From an uncultured Candidatus Cloacimonas sp. (lineage in GTDB: Bacteria; Cloacimonadota; Cloacimonadia; Cloacimonadales; Cloacimonadaceae): 64,000 nt of DNA. The translations under genes were made by a program, and so were the position numbers. Below, one piece after another: positions 28,463 through 37,297 of this stretch (the stretch's first letter is position 1; every line of letters starts with the position of its first letter). The stretch is from assembly GCA_964430595.1 (NCBI GenBank), contig CAYSGM010000001.1, positions 12,689-76,688 on the forward strand, in the 5' to 3' direction. The notes under the pieces are model-generated. The model had not been told where the DNA came from, did no database searches, and saw only the letters and a list, made by a program, of their open reading frames with translations.

Positions 28463-29578
28463 TTATTTCATATTCTGGGGAATACGGATATCAAACCTGC
28501 TGCCATGAGGCTCCACAGGGATGTATTCCAAACGTCCCCGATGCTCCTGTACCAGTTTTTTACAGATAGCTAAGCCGAGACCCGTTCCATGTGGCTTACC
28601 TTCGGACACAAAGGGCTGGAACAAATCCTCCCGGATAGCCGCTGAAATGCCGGGACCATTGTCTATCACCGATATCTGTAGCCACCCGGATGACATTCCT
28701 GCTATTATCTTCAGTTCTCCATCGGCAGGTATTGCCTCAGAAGCGTTCTTAATCAAGTTGATCAGCACCCTACGGATTTTCCCTTCATCAAAATACACAT
28801 AATCCCGAATCCTGTTTTCCACGATAAAGTTTATATTACGTCCCTTCAGGGCGGATACATACACGTCATTAATCTCCCGGAAAAACGCATCCATATCTAT
28901 CATCTGAATCAGGGGTGCAGTCTCTGTTCCTTTGGCAAAATCCAACACTTCGCGCACTAACTGATCTATCAGTTTGGTTTGTTTTACGATGCTATCGGTA
29001 AATTCATTGCTTCCCGGGTATATGTTTTCTATCAGTTGTGCGGTAAGCACAATAACGGTGAGCGGTGTTTTTATATCGTGAATAATCTTGCTGGCAGCCA
29101 GTCCAATCGCCATCAAGCGGTTTTTGCTCAGCATCTGGTTCATCACGTCCACAAAGCGCTCATTAGTTTCCCGCAAACGCCCGGATATGGTTCGCATCAG
29201 ATTGAACATCACCACCGGATGGGAGAAAGTGATATTAGTGAACACTTCACGGGGGATCACCAGGAGTTCAACATCTTCTATGGCAATCACACTGGCAGAG
29301 CGGGGCTCATCGTTAATAATGCCCATCTCACCAAAGAACTCACCCGGTTCCAACACCGATAGCTGGGCAAAAGGCGTTTCGGGATTGTTCAAACCCTTGC
29401 TGATTTCCACCTTACCCTTGCAGATAAAAAAGAGATTATCACCCCAGGAATGCTCCGATATAATTGCATCCCCCCGGGAGACGTGTATCCTCTCCAAGTC
29501 TTTAGCAAAGCTGTTTACCACTTCTTCGCTAAGCCCGTTAAAAATCCCAATGTTCACGCACTTATTTTCTTTTGGCAT
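28463..29578 (-). CDS. Cyclic-nucleotide-binding domain sensor histidine kinase
   Basis: GEFFGEMG...PRSASV; HDIKTPL; NLIKNA; DNGPG; GTGLGL. Confidence 0.88.
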   Translation of the reverse strand: MPKENKCVNIGIFNGLSEEVVNSFAKDLERIHVSRGDAIISEHSWGDNLFFICKGKVEISKGLNNPETPFAQLSVLEPGEFFGEMGIINDEPRSASVIAIEDVELLVIPREVFTNITFSHPVVMFNLMRTISGRLRETNERFVDVMNQMLSKNRLMAIGLAASKIIHDIKTPLTVIVLTAQLIENIYPGSNEFTDSIVKQTKLIDQLVREVLDFAKGTETAPLIQMIDMDAFFREINDVYVSALKGRNINFIVENRIRDYVYFDEGKIRRVLINLIKNASEAIPADGELKIIAGMSSGWLQISVIDNGPGISAAIREDLFQPFVSEGKPHGTGLGLAICKKLVQEHRGRLEYIPVEPHGSRFDIRIPQNMK

Positions 29579-29824
29579 CGTTACCTCTTGTGGATAAATA
29601 CTCATTTCACCCTAAGTGATTTGTATTGCCACCCCCAATTTTTGTCAAGCTGCAAATTACATATTCTTCCAGACCTTGCTTAATATCTGCTTGCCAATTT
29701 GTTCGATAGAGCTGCGTCAAGCTCGAATTAATGTAGCAAATTCCGATATCCCACATCTGATTTCGAAGTTGGCTCATCTCTTCCATCACGACACACTCAA
29801 GCAAGGCGCTAACCACGCCTCCAG

Positions 29825-30781
29825 TTAGATAGCCGTATTCACCTGTGAAGGTGGTTTCTTGCCCTCCAGCACCGCAATGGCATTCTCCGCAGCCATTATC
29901 CCCATGTTAGTGCGGGTGGTGATGCTGGCAGAACCGATGTGAGGCAATAATACCACGTTCTTCAGTGCCAGCAAAGCTGGCGGAATAAGCGGTTCGTGCT
30001 CATACACATCAAAGCCGGCGGCAAATATCTGCGCTTTCGCAAGTGCCTCTATCAAAGCTCCCTCATCCACCAATGCACCTCTGGCGGTGTTTATCAGCAC
30101 AGCGGTTGGCTTCATCAGCTTCAATTCTGCCTTGCCAATGATGTGCCTGGTTTTGGGAGTAAGCGGCGCATGCAGGGAAAGGATATCAGCTTCCTGCACC
30201 AAGGTTTCCAAATCCACCCGCTTAGCCGGGAATGGCAGCTTTACCGGGCTGTTATTGTAATAAATAATCTTCATATCGAAGCCCAGCGCGCGCTTGGCTA
30301 CTGCCTGTCCGATCCTGCCCATACCCAGGATACCCAGTGTCTTGCCAAATACATCCTGCCCCAATAAGAGCATGGATTCCCAGGCTTTAAACTTGCCTTC
30401 CCGCAGGTATGCCTCGCTTTCGGTTATCCTGCGGCAGGCAGCCAAGATCAGTGCCCAGGTGAGGTCTGCGGTTGATTCCGTTAATACTCCCGCGGTATTG
30501 CACACGGCTATCCCTTTGGAAGTGGCGTATTCCACATCTATGTTGTTAAAGCCCACGGCGTAGGCAGAGATTACCTTCAGCTTAGGTGCTGCATCAATCA
30601 CTTGCTTATCTATGCTATCGGTAAGCAAGCATATTAACGCATCCACCTCTGCTATATTTTTGCATAACTGTGCAGGGGTCAAAGCCTTGTCATCGGGATC
30701 GCTGATCACCTCGAAGTATTCTTTCAGCCTAACTATAGCAGCTTCGGGGATTAGGCGCGTAAGTAGCAGTTTGGGCTTCAT
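29825..30781 (-). CDS. D-isomer 2-hydroxyacid dehydrogenase (glyoxylate reductase/D-glycerate DH)
   Basis: GMGRIG, INTARG, DVYEHEP, LPHIGSA. Confidence 0.9.
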   Translation of the reverse strand: MKPKLLLTRLIPEAAIVRLKEYFEVISDPDDKALTPAQLCKNIAEVDALICLLTDSIDKQVIDAAPKLKVISAYAVGFNNIDVEYATSKGIAVCNTAGVLTESTADLTWALILAACRRITESEAYLREGKFKAWESMLLLGQDVFGKTLGILGMGRIGQAVAKRALGFDMKIIYYNNSPVKLPFPAKRVDLETLVQEADILSLHAPLTPKTRHIIGKAELKLMKPTAVLINTARGALVDEGALIEALAKAQIFAAGFDVYEHEPLIPPALLALKNVVLLPHIGSASITTRTNMGIMAAENAIAVLEGKKPPSQVNTAI

Positions 30782-31614
30782 ATGTACCTCACAAAGCCGC
30801 TTACTTCATGCCGTTTGGGCAGGGGGAAATCCTCCGCTGGGAAGCCAATTGGGGTGAGACAGGCAATGTAATCGTCATGCGGTATCTTTAGCAAATCCTT
30901 CACCTCATCTCTATCCATATCCGTAACCCAACAAGTCCCCAGTCCATAAGCCTTGGCAGCCAGCAGCAAATGATATGCCGCGATACATGCATCCTGCACT
31001 TTTCGCCGGGAAAGCTCTCCCCGGGCAGCCACTGCAATGGCATAAGGCGAAGCAAGGATTGGGTCTCCCGCAGGTCCGCGCATGGCAACTATCTTCTCCA
31101 GCACTTCCCGCTGCTTTACCACCACGTAATAATAGCTTTGCTGGTTGCGGGCGGAAGGTGCGTAGCGGCAAAGCTCGAACACTTTGTTCAGCATCTCCTC
31201 CGGCACAGCTTTCGGCAAATAGCGCCGGATACTACGCCGCATCATCAAACCCTCATCCAGGCTGATATGCGGTTCCAGAGCATGCTCAAAAGCCTGAAAC
31301 TCCAGAGAACGTCCCTCCGGGTCTTTTGCCCAAAAGTGATATATAGAAAACTTGGGATTTGCCTGGGGCGGTTCGTTAGCGATGCTTTTCAGCACCTCAT
31401 ATTTATCCTGCACATCGCTTCGGGAAGGCATAAAAAACGTAGTAGTGCCCTGCGTTTCCGCCCTTTCTGCCTGGCAGAAACCCAATAGCATGTTACCATT
31501 CTTAAATATCGCGCAAGTGCCCTGGTCTAACCATAGCGGCAATTCCAGCACCTTGCCATAGAACTCTTTTATCAGCGCGAGATCGGCAGTTTTGAAAAAG
31601 ACAATTCCATTCAT
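30778..31614 (-). CDS. VOC/glyoxalase-like domain fused to nitroreductase
   Basis: N-terminal FYGKVLEL...KDPEGRSLEF; C-terminal RRSIRRY, APSARNQQ, GLGTCWV. Confidence 0.8.
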   Translation of the reverse strand: MNGIVFFKTADLALIKEFYGKVLELPLWLDQGTCAIFKNGNMLLGFCQAERAETQGTTTFFMPSRSDVQDKYEVLKSIANEPPQANPKFSIYHFWAKDPEGRSLEFQAFEHALEPHISLDEGLMMRRSIRRYLPKAVPEEMLNKVFELCRYAPSARNQQSYYYVVVKQREVLEKIVAMRGPAGDPILASPYAIAVAARGELSRRKVQDACIAAYHLLLAAKAYGLGTCWVTDMDRDEVKDLLKIPHDDYIACLTPIGFPAEDFPLPKRHEVSGFVRYI

Positions 31615-31712
31615 CTTGTTACGCTCCTTTTATAGCAGCAATTACTACTGACAGGATAACCCAAATGCAGAGCGCAGCAAGAGCTTAATCTTTTCGAGGA
31701 ACCTTGATCTTC

Positions 31713-34613
31713 TTATCTAAGTTTTACGATTCGCTTAGCTTGACTGTAGTTGTTACAGGTAAACTTTACAAGATATACGCCACTTGAACAGGTTTGCCCA
31801 TCCTTGTCCTTTCCATCCCAATCTACTTCGTTTTTACCTCCGTCTAAACGCGAGTAATTGAGTGTTCGGATTTTTTGTCCTTTCACATTATACACTTCCA
31901 TTAAAATCGGAGCGCTGGTTTTCATGTCTACATGCCATGATACTCTTTCATTAAAAGGATTTGGGTATGCTGGGTTAAGCGAAAACAATGGTATAGGGCT
32001 AAGCTCGGGGTCATCGATTCCGCTTGCAGAAGTGATATATTGAATGTTACACGCCAAACCTGCACTATACTGATAAGTTAAATAAGTGCCATAACTACAT
32101 GTTTGAGTGGCAATATTACCACATCCGGTGCTGTGGACAGGCAATGCGTCAGAAGGATGGGTAATGCTGCCATCGGGATTATAGGTAAAGTACTTCACTT
32201 GTGTTGACTCACCCCAACCACAAGTATAGATAACAATTATCCTTCCATTGGGGATCGAACTCATGCTTACTTCTCTACCACTCATTCCACATACAATTGT
32301 TTCAGACCAAAGTTGCTGACCAATCTGATTGTATTTTCTGAGAGTAAAATTTGTGCCATCATCTATACATACACAATCATAATAACAATCAGACTGTGCT
32401 AACATGTATCCGCTTGTCACATAACCATTGTAAGCGAAATTTCCTGAAAAAGTACCGTCGGAGTTTATTATTATGGATGCCCCCGTTGCAGCCCAATTCC
32501 AGTAGCCGCTCATCTGGCTTCCTTCCCAATAAAGGTATCTATCATCATAATTCACAAGCAACTTATCCTGAAAGGAGGACATAAACCTGTAACCTGTACT
32601 TGTTTCTGCGGAATATGGCTTTAGTGGCAACCCTTCAAGAGTAAATGGCGTCACGACTGATCCATATACGTCAAATCGCGACACGAATACCATTTCGTCT
32701 ATGTTAGTATTTGCCATACATAATGACCAGCACAAGTACATGTTATCAATTTTTTTAAGCTTGATTAATTGCCCGGGATAATTCTGATGAACAACGCCAA
32801 TCGTAACCCCATTAACATCCCAAATCGGGCTGGCATTTATAAACTTATGTAGCTTAATCTGCGTGCCATCTGGTGTTGCAGCTACATACACAGCACCATC
32901 CTTGATATATATAAGAAAACCACTCCCCAGGTTTTCCGCCAAAACAATAGCTCCATTAGAGAAAACCAATTCACCAGTTGGTGAAAGCATTTGCATTTTA
33001 CATACACCTCCCCCGGCATCCCAAACAATCACAAAACTGCCATCATTCTGTCTTTCAGCAGTAAATGAAGATATCAGGCTACTTGAATAATCCAACATTT
33101 TATGCTCTGGAAAGGCAAAAGACCTGTCGCTAAGAGCAAAATTGCAGTTTAGTATGGTTGCATTAGTGTAGTCCAGATCACGCTCAGAGAACAAACATAA
33201 AGCTCCCCTGTTCTCAGCATCGAATAACTGTACCCGCCACAGCATCCTCCGTTTCCCGGTTAGCAAAGGTCTGCCAGGAACAGGGTACTCAGCAATGCCA
33301 TCCGGAGTTATGGTCTTAGTATAAATACCTGCTTTTAGGTTGCCGTTAGCATAATAGAATAACTGAGCAGAAGAGTTTATCGTACGGCTCGAGAAAGCGA
33401 AAGCAAAAGCGTAAACCGTTGGTCCCTGAGTTGTTATAAACAAAGGGTTAGTCCAAGCGGTACCGTTGGAGTTTATATGTTGCATGGTAATAGTATTCGT
33501 GTGGGTTGTTGTACCGCTTACATCGACGAGATTCATATTCAAAGGTACAAAACATCCGCCCAGGTTATCGGGGTTGAGTTGAAATTTGAAAGTAGTATAA
33601 ACTCTTGGTAAAACCAAATCAGTAGTCCACTGAATCTGTCCTTGGGGGCTAATTTTAGTTAACCGGTATCCTTCAATGAAAGACCAAAGCAGAAAGGCAT
33701 TGTTATTGTTATCTGTTACTAGTTTTATTGGTACTGCTTCTCCAGAATCCTGAACTATAAGCAGTGAGTCACTCCACTGGTTCTGCCCGAATAAATCGTA
33801 TTTCTTAAGATATATGAAACTCCTGTCACTTGTGCAGCAGTAAAAACTGTCTGTTCCACACATTGCAATGTTCGCAACTTCACCGAACACATCTGAGAAG
33901 TTTAATACCATATCCCAAAGTACTGCGCCCTGGCTATCTACCCTTACAATGTGGTGATCTTCTGAATGGTAAGAATGAATTAAAGCACCACCATCCTGGA
34001 TGGATTCCAAGCTGATCACGCTATTTTCAAAGCTCTCCGGGGCAGGCTGGGCTATAACTAATCCCGCAATCGGACATGTTAACACTCCTGAAGAGGATAC
34101 ATGCTGGTAACTTGAGCCTTCGCTATTGCCATAGTTAACTAATATGTGCAAACCGCCAACTGTGTCTTTAGTTAGTATAAATCTGTTCGCGGCAATGAAA
34201 GTAGAAATTGCGAGAATCCTTACATTGTCTCCCCAGACATTACCATTATTATCATATTTGCTAACATACAATCCCGCTTGTGGAGTGCCCTCGTAAAGTA
34301 ACTCAACCAGCCACAAATAGTTATCAGAACTGAAGCAGACACTTCTTTTCCCAGTGTTTTGATTTACAATTATCGGATTGATCCAGTGGGGTTGCATCTG
34401 AGGGCTGAAATACTGCAGGTAGTAATTTACAGAATTATTATCGTTCTTCCCGTAAACAATTGCCACAGACCCATCCGGAGCACTAGCAAGAAAACCGTTA
34501 TAGGTATAGTTTTCATACTCGACCATTGATAATGGTTCATCCCAAGCCAAAGTTGCCGACAGGCAACCTGAAACGAGCAGCATACATAAAAGAACTAACA
34601 ATCGATGTAGCAT
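31713..34613 (-). CDS. Secreted beta-propeller-like protein with C-terminal sorting domain
   Basis: Signal peptide; repeated D..GG / G...W blades; YPNPFN...VYNVKGQKI...WDGKD..SSGVY. Confidence 0.75.
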   Translation of the reverse strand: MLHRLLVLLCMLLVSGCLSATLAWDEPLSMVEYENYTYNGFLASAPDGSVAIVYGKNDNNSVNYYLQYFSPQMQPHWINPIIVNQNTGKRSVCFSSDNYLWLVELLYEGTPQAGLYVSKYDNNGNVWGDNVRILAISTFIAANRFILTKDTVGGLHILVNYGNSEGSSYQHVSSSGVLTCPIAGLVIAQPAPESFENSVISLESIQDGGALIHSYHSEDHHIVRVDSQGAVLWDMVLNFSDVFGEVANIAMCGTDSFYCCTSDRSFIYLKKYDLFGQNQWSDSLLIVQDSGEAVPIKLVTDNNNNAFLLWSFIEGYRLTKISPQGQIQWTTDLVLPRVYTTFKFQLNPDNLGGCFVPLNMNLVDVSGTTTHTNTITMQHINSNGTAWTNPLFITTQGPTVYAFAFAFSSRTINSSAQLFYYANGNLKAGIYTKTITPDGIAEYPVPGRPLLTGKRRMLWRVQLFDAENRGALCLFSERDLDYTNATILNCNFALSDRSFAFPEHKMLDYSSSLISSFTAERQNDGSFVIVWDAGGGVCKMQMLSPTGELVFSNGAIVLAENLGSGFLIYIKDGAVYVAATPDGTQIKLHKFINASPIWDVNGVTIGVVHQNYPGQLIKLKKIDNMYLCWSLCMANTNIDEMVFVSRFDVYGSVVTPFTLEGLPLKPYSAETSTGYRFMSSFQDKLLVNYDDRYLYWEGSQMSGYWNWAATGASIIINSDGTFSGNFAYNGYVTSGYMLAQSDCYYDCVCIDDGTNFTLRKYNQIGQQLWSETIVCGMSGREVSMSSIPNGRIIVIYTCGWGESTQVKYFTYNPDGSITHPSDALPVHSTGCGNIATQTCSYGTYLTYQYSAGLACNIQYITSASGIDDPELSPIPLFSLNPAYPNPFNERVSWHVDMKTSAPILMEVYNVKGQKIRTLNYSRLDGGKNEVDWDGKDKDGQTCSSGVYLVKFTCNNYSQAKRIVKLR

Positions 34614-34872
34614 CTTTCCTCCCTGCCATCACTCTTAGACAAGACTCGGTACTCGCGGATATTTGTCAAGTAGTTATTTAACTGTTTGTTGCGTCCCCTA
34701 ATAAACAGGGGTTGTTCTAGCTGATTTCCCGCCATCTTTAGCCTATACTAACATTGAACTACTAAGCGTTGGGATTTGCTGTGAACGTTCTTGATTAAGC
34801 AATAATTAGTCTCAATGTGCAAAGTGTATTTCAAGACTTAAACAATGTATAACTTCTGCTATCCATAGTTAA

Positions 34873-35649
34873 TCACTTTCCCGCCGTCATACCTATCCGG
34901 TATATCACCCGCACCTCTGTTTCCACGGTGATCTCAGGCGAGAAGAATCCGCCCTTGGACTGCGGCATCTCCATGGGTTCCATAGATTTATCATAGCCGG
35001 TTACTACGTTCGAATAACCAGATCTGTCACCGCCATAATAGGCATAGGTTTCATTCCAGGGCAGTTTCTCGAAGGGTGCTTCATCTATTAGCTGGACATC
35101 CGTGATCTTCACCCCAAGGATTCTGCTGATTGTCTCCCGCTGTTCCACAATGCGGTTTAGAGCCATCTCCCGCGCTTGTTGCCTGGCTTTGGAATGGTCG
35201 CTAAGGGAGAAATTTACCCCGCTGAGGTTATCCACTTTCTTATCGGTCAGGATCAGGATTGCTTCATCCAGCTTGGTCAAATCCCTTAGGGTTACCACTG
35301 TGGTGAGCGTGGCACAGTAATCTTTATTATCTGTTAAGAAGAACGCCCCGGCATTTTTCCCGGATGCGAAGCTGCCGGTGGAAAAGCTGTTGCTGTCTAT
35401 CCCGATAGCCACCAGGGAAGCACATATTTGCCCCACGGTATCCTTAGCTCTGCTTACTGCCTGGCGCAGGGTACTGCCATAGCCCTTGGTGTAAAAAGTA
35501 AACACTGCCTGATCTGCCTGCATAACTATCCTGCCGGATGCTTCCAGGCAAAGGTGATGATCCGGGAAGAGAACTTCCGGCTTGGCTTCCTGGGCAAAGA
35601 GGATGCTTGCCAATAGAAGGGTGATAATCACGATGCATATGTGTTTCAT
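34873..35649 (-). CDS. SIMPL (DUF541) domain exported protein
   Basis: Signal peptide; VNFSLSD..ARQQAREMA; EITVETEVRVIY. Confidence 0.75.
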   Translation of the reverse strand: MKHICIVIITLLLASILFAQEAKPEVLFPDHHLCLEASGRIVMQADQAVFTFYTKGYGSTLRQAVSRAKDTVGQICASLVAIGIDSNSFSTGSFASGKNAGAFFLTDNKDYCATLTTVVTLRDLTKLDEAILILTDKKVDNLSGVNFSLSDHSKARQQAREMALNRIVEQRETISRILGVKITDVQLIDEAPFEKLPWNETYAYYGGDRSGYSNVVTGYDKSMEPMEMPQSKGGFFSPEITVETEVRVIYRIGMTAGK

Positions 35650-35723
35650 GGCTTCTCCTATAGGATGTATTTTGTGAATAGTTATATTCTTTTATGGCAG
35701 GATATTCTGTCAATGCTTATTCG

Positions 35724-35838
35724 TCCCTTGCTTAATCGCACCTGTTCCGCAAATCATCTGCCCATGATCTCACCATGATTTATCCCGGTGAGATCATGGT
35801 CAGACCCCGGTTGGCACACCAGCGAAAAGGAAGGAAGA
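35724..35838. repeat. 11-nt-periodic palindromic element
   Basis: CCATGATCTCACC(35762)/GGTGAGATCATGG(35787); shares sequence with 57170-57208. Confidence 0.7.
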
Positions 35839-35853
35839 AGGAAGAGAGCCGTG

Positions 35854-36016
35854 AGTCTGGAGTCGATTTCGCCAAAATTAGCTGTGAGTTGGTTACAATC
35901 TATGCGGCGAAATGGACTACAGCGAACTACTACGAGCAGGGTGTCGCTGTAGTCCATCCGGTTAAAATTGATATCTGTAATGCTGAAGATTGTGCAAACC
36001 GGATCGACTCCAGACT
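35854..36016. repeat. Nested inverted repeat (MITE/REPIN-like)
   Basis: 14-bp IR AGTCTGGAGTCGAT/ATCGACTCCAGACT enclosing 14-bp IR ATGGACTACAGCGA/TCGCTGTAGTCCAT. Confidence 0.7.
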
Positions 36017-36140
36017 TACGATGCGAGTGCGCCGGATGCAGATACGTATAACTTATGGGACATCGAAACAGTATGGCAGCTAGATTTGCTGGATAGGCTG
36101 TGAACATCTGTGAGTTACAGAACTAGTGATTTCCCGCTCA

Positions 36141-36171
36141 CTGCAACCTGTAACCTGAAACCTAAAACCTG
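36141..36171. repeat. Heptamer repeat, reverse complement of 4352-4375
   Basis: ctgcaacctgtaacctgaaaccta is an exact 24-nt inverted copy. Confidence 0.75.
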
Positions 36172-36290
36172 TCTTTCCTCTTTTACTCTTTGTTAAATTC
36201 TACCCAGTTCTATGCGCTATAATTTAGCTTGCCAAAATCACTGCTTACAAAAACATGGCTTACTTAGTCTAAATACAAGGAAAGAAAACA

Positions 36291-36851
36291 ATGGCTTCAA
36301 TATCTGATGTCCGCAATGGTATGATAATCGAATACAAAGAGGGACTCTACGAAATAGTGGATTTCCTGCATGTAAAACCAGGCAAGGGACCCGCATTTAT
36401 GCGCACCAAGCTGAAGAACGTGAAGACCGGCAGAGTGTTGGATAACACCTTCCGCGACAGCGATAACTTCGTGGAAGTACGTCTGGAGCGCACCAAGAAG
36501 GAATACCTTTACCGCGAAGGCGAATTCTTAGTCCTGATGGATAGCGAAAACTACGAACAGATGCACGTGGATGCCAGCATCCTTGGCGATAAGGAGAAGC
36601 TGATCTGCGAAAACATGGAAGTGATGGTGCTAACCACTCCCAGCGGAGAGATTTTGGGCATAGACCTGCCCACCACCGTGATTCAGGTGATCGCCGAATG
36701 CGAACCAAACGTGAAAGGCAACACTGCTTCCGGCAGTGGTAAAGTAGCATACACCGATACAGGCTTACGTCTGATGGTGCCGTTTTTTGTGGAAGCCGGG
36801 GAAAAGATCAAGATCGATACCCGCACCGCTGAATACATAGAAAGAGCATAA
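36291..36851 (+). CDS. efp: Elongation factor P
   Basis: HVKPGKGPAF, KGNTA, VPFFV..GEKIKIDTR. Confidence 0.96.
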   Translation: MASISDVRNGMIIEYKEGLYEIVDFLHVKPGKGPAFMRTKLKNVKTGRVLDNTFRDSDNFVEVRLERTKKEYLYREGEFLVLMDSENYEQMHVDASILGDKEKLICENMEVMVLTTPSGEILGIDLPTTVIQVIAECEPNVKGNTASGSGKVAYTDTGLRLMVPFFVEAGEKIKIDTRTAEYIERA

Positions 36852-36868
36852 GAAAACAAGAGGATAAA

Positions 36869-37075
36869 ATGGGAAAAGTAAAGAGCTTTACCGCTAAACT
36901 AGCACACGAAACCTCCAATGAGGGAAAAGTGATTTGCCCCGTATGCAATACGGAAATTAAAAGAGTTAAACTGATCACCAACCAGAAGAAGACCGGTGGT
37001 TGGAGACCCCAGAGCGATTACGCCAAGATATGCAAATGCAATGAAGCTGAAATTCTGGCAGGCAAAAATCTATAA
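36869..37075 (+). CDS. Small basic Zn-ribbon protein, possibly bL38/DUF4295-related
   Basis: AGGA RBS; CPVC and CKC; Lys-rich; KKTGGW turn; followed by terminator. Confidence 0.6.
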   Translation: MGKVKSFTAKLAHETSNEGKVICPVCNTEIKRVKLITNQKKTGGWRPQSDYAKICKCNEAEILAGKNL

Positions 37076-37110
37076 ACCCTACCTGTAATAAAGGATAAGA
37101 AAGCAAGTTA

Positions 37111-37156
37111 AAAGACTCGCTTGAGAAATGCAGAAATGCTACTCAAGCGGGTTTTT
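37111..37156 (+). terminator. Intrinsic terminator of efp operon
   Basis: CTCGCTTGAG...CTCAAGCGGG-TTTTT. Confidence 0.7.
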
Positions 37157-37297
37157 CATTGACGGCTGTGGCGGGGTGTATTTTGTTGGAACAAGAAACC
37201 AAGATGCGGTCATAAGCCTGCAGAATCGGATGCTTTTTGTTTTTACCAGAAAAAAACCTGATTAGGTAAAAAGGTGGTTTTGATGCCCTGCTTCCGG

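Noticed and set aside
35754..36107. ORFs 35754-36107(-), 35775-36083(+), 46193-46459(+), 56942-57298(+), 19880-20083(-)
   Set aside because: They run through palindromic repeats; the shared 'HGEIM.R' peptide is just the translated repeat; no RBS or domain support.
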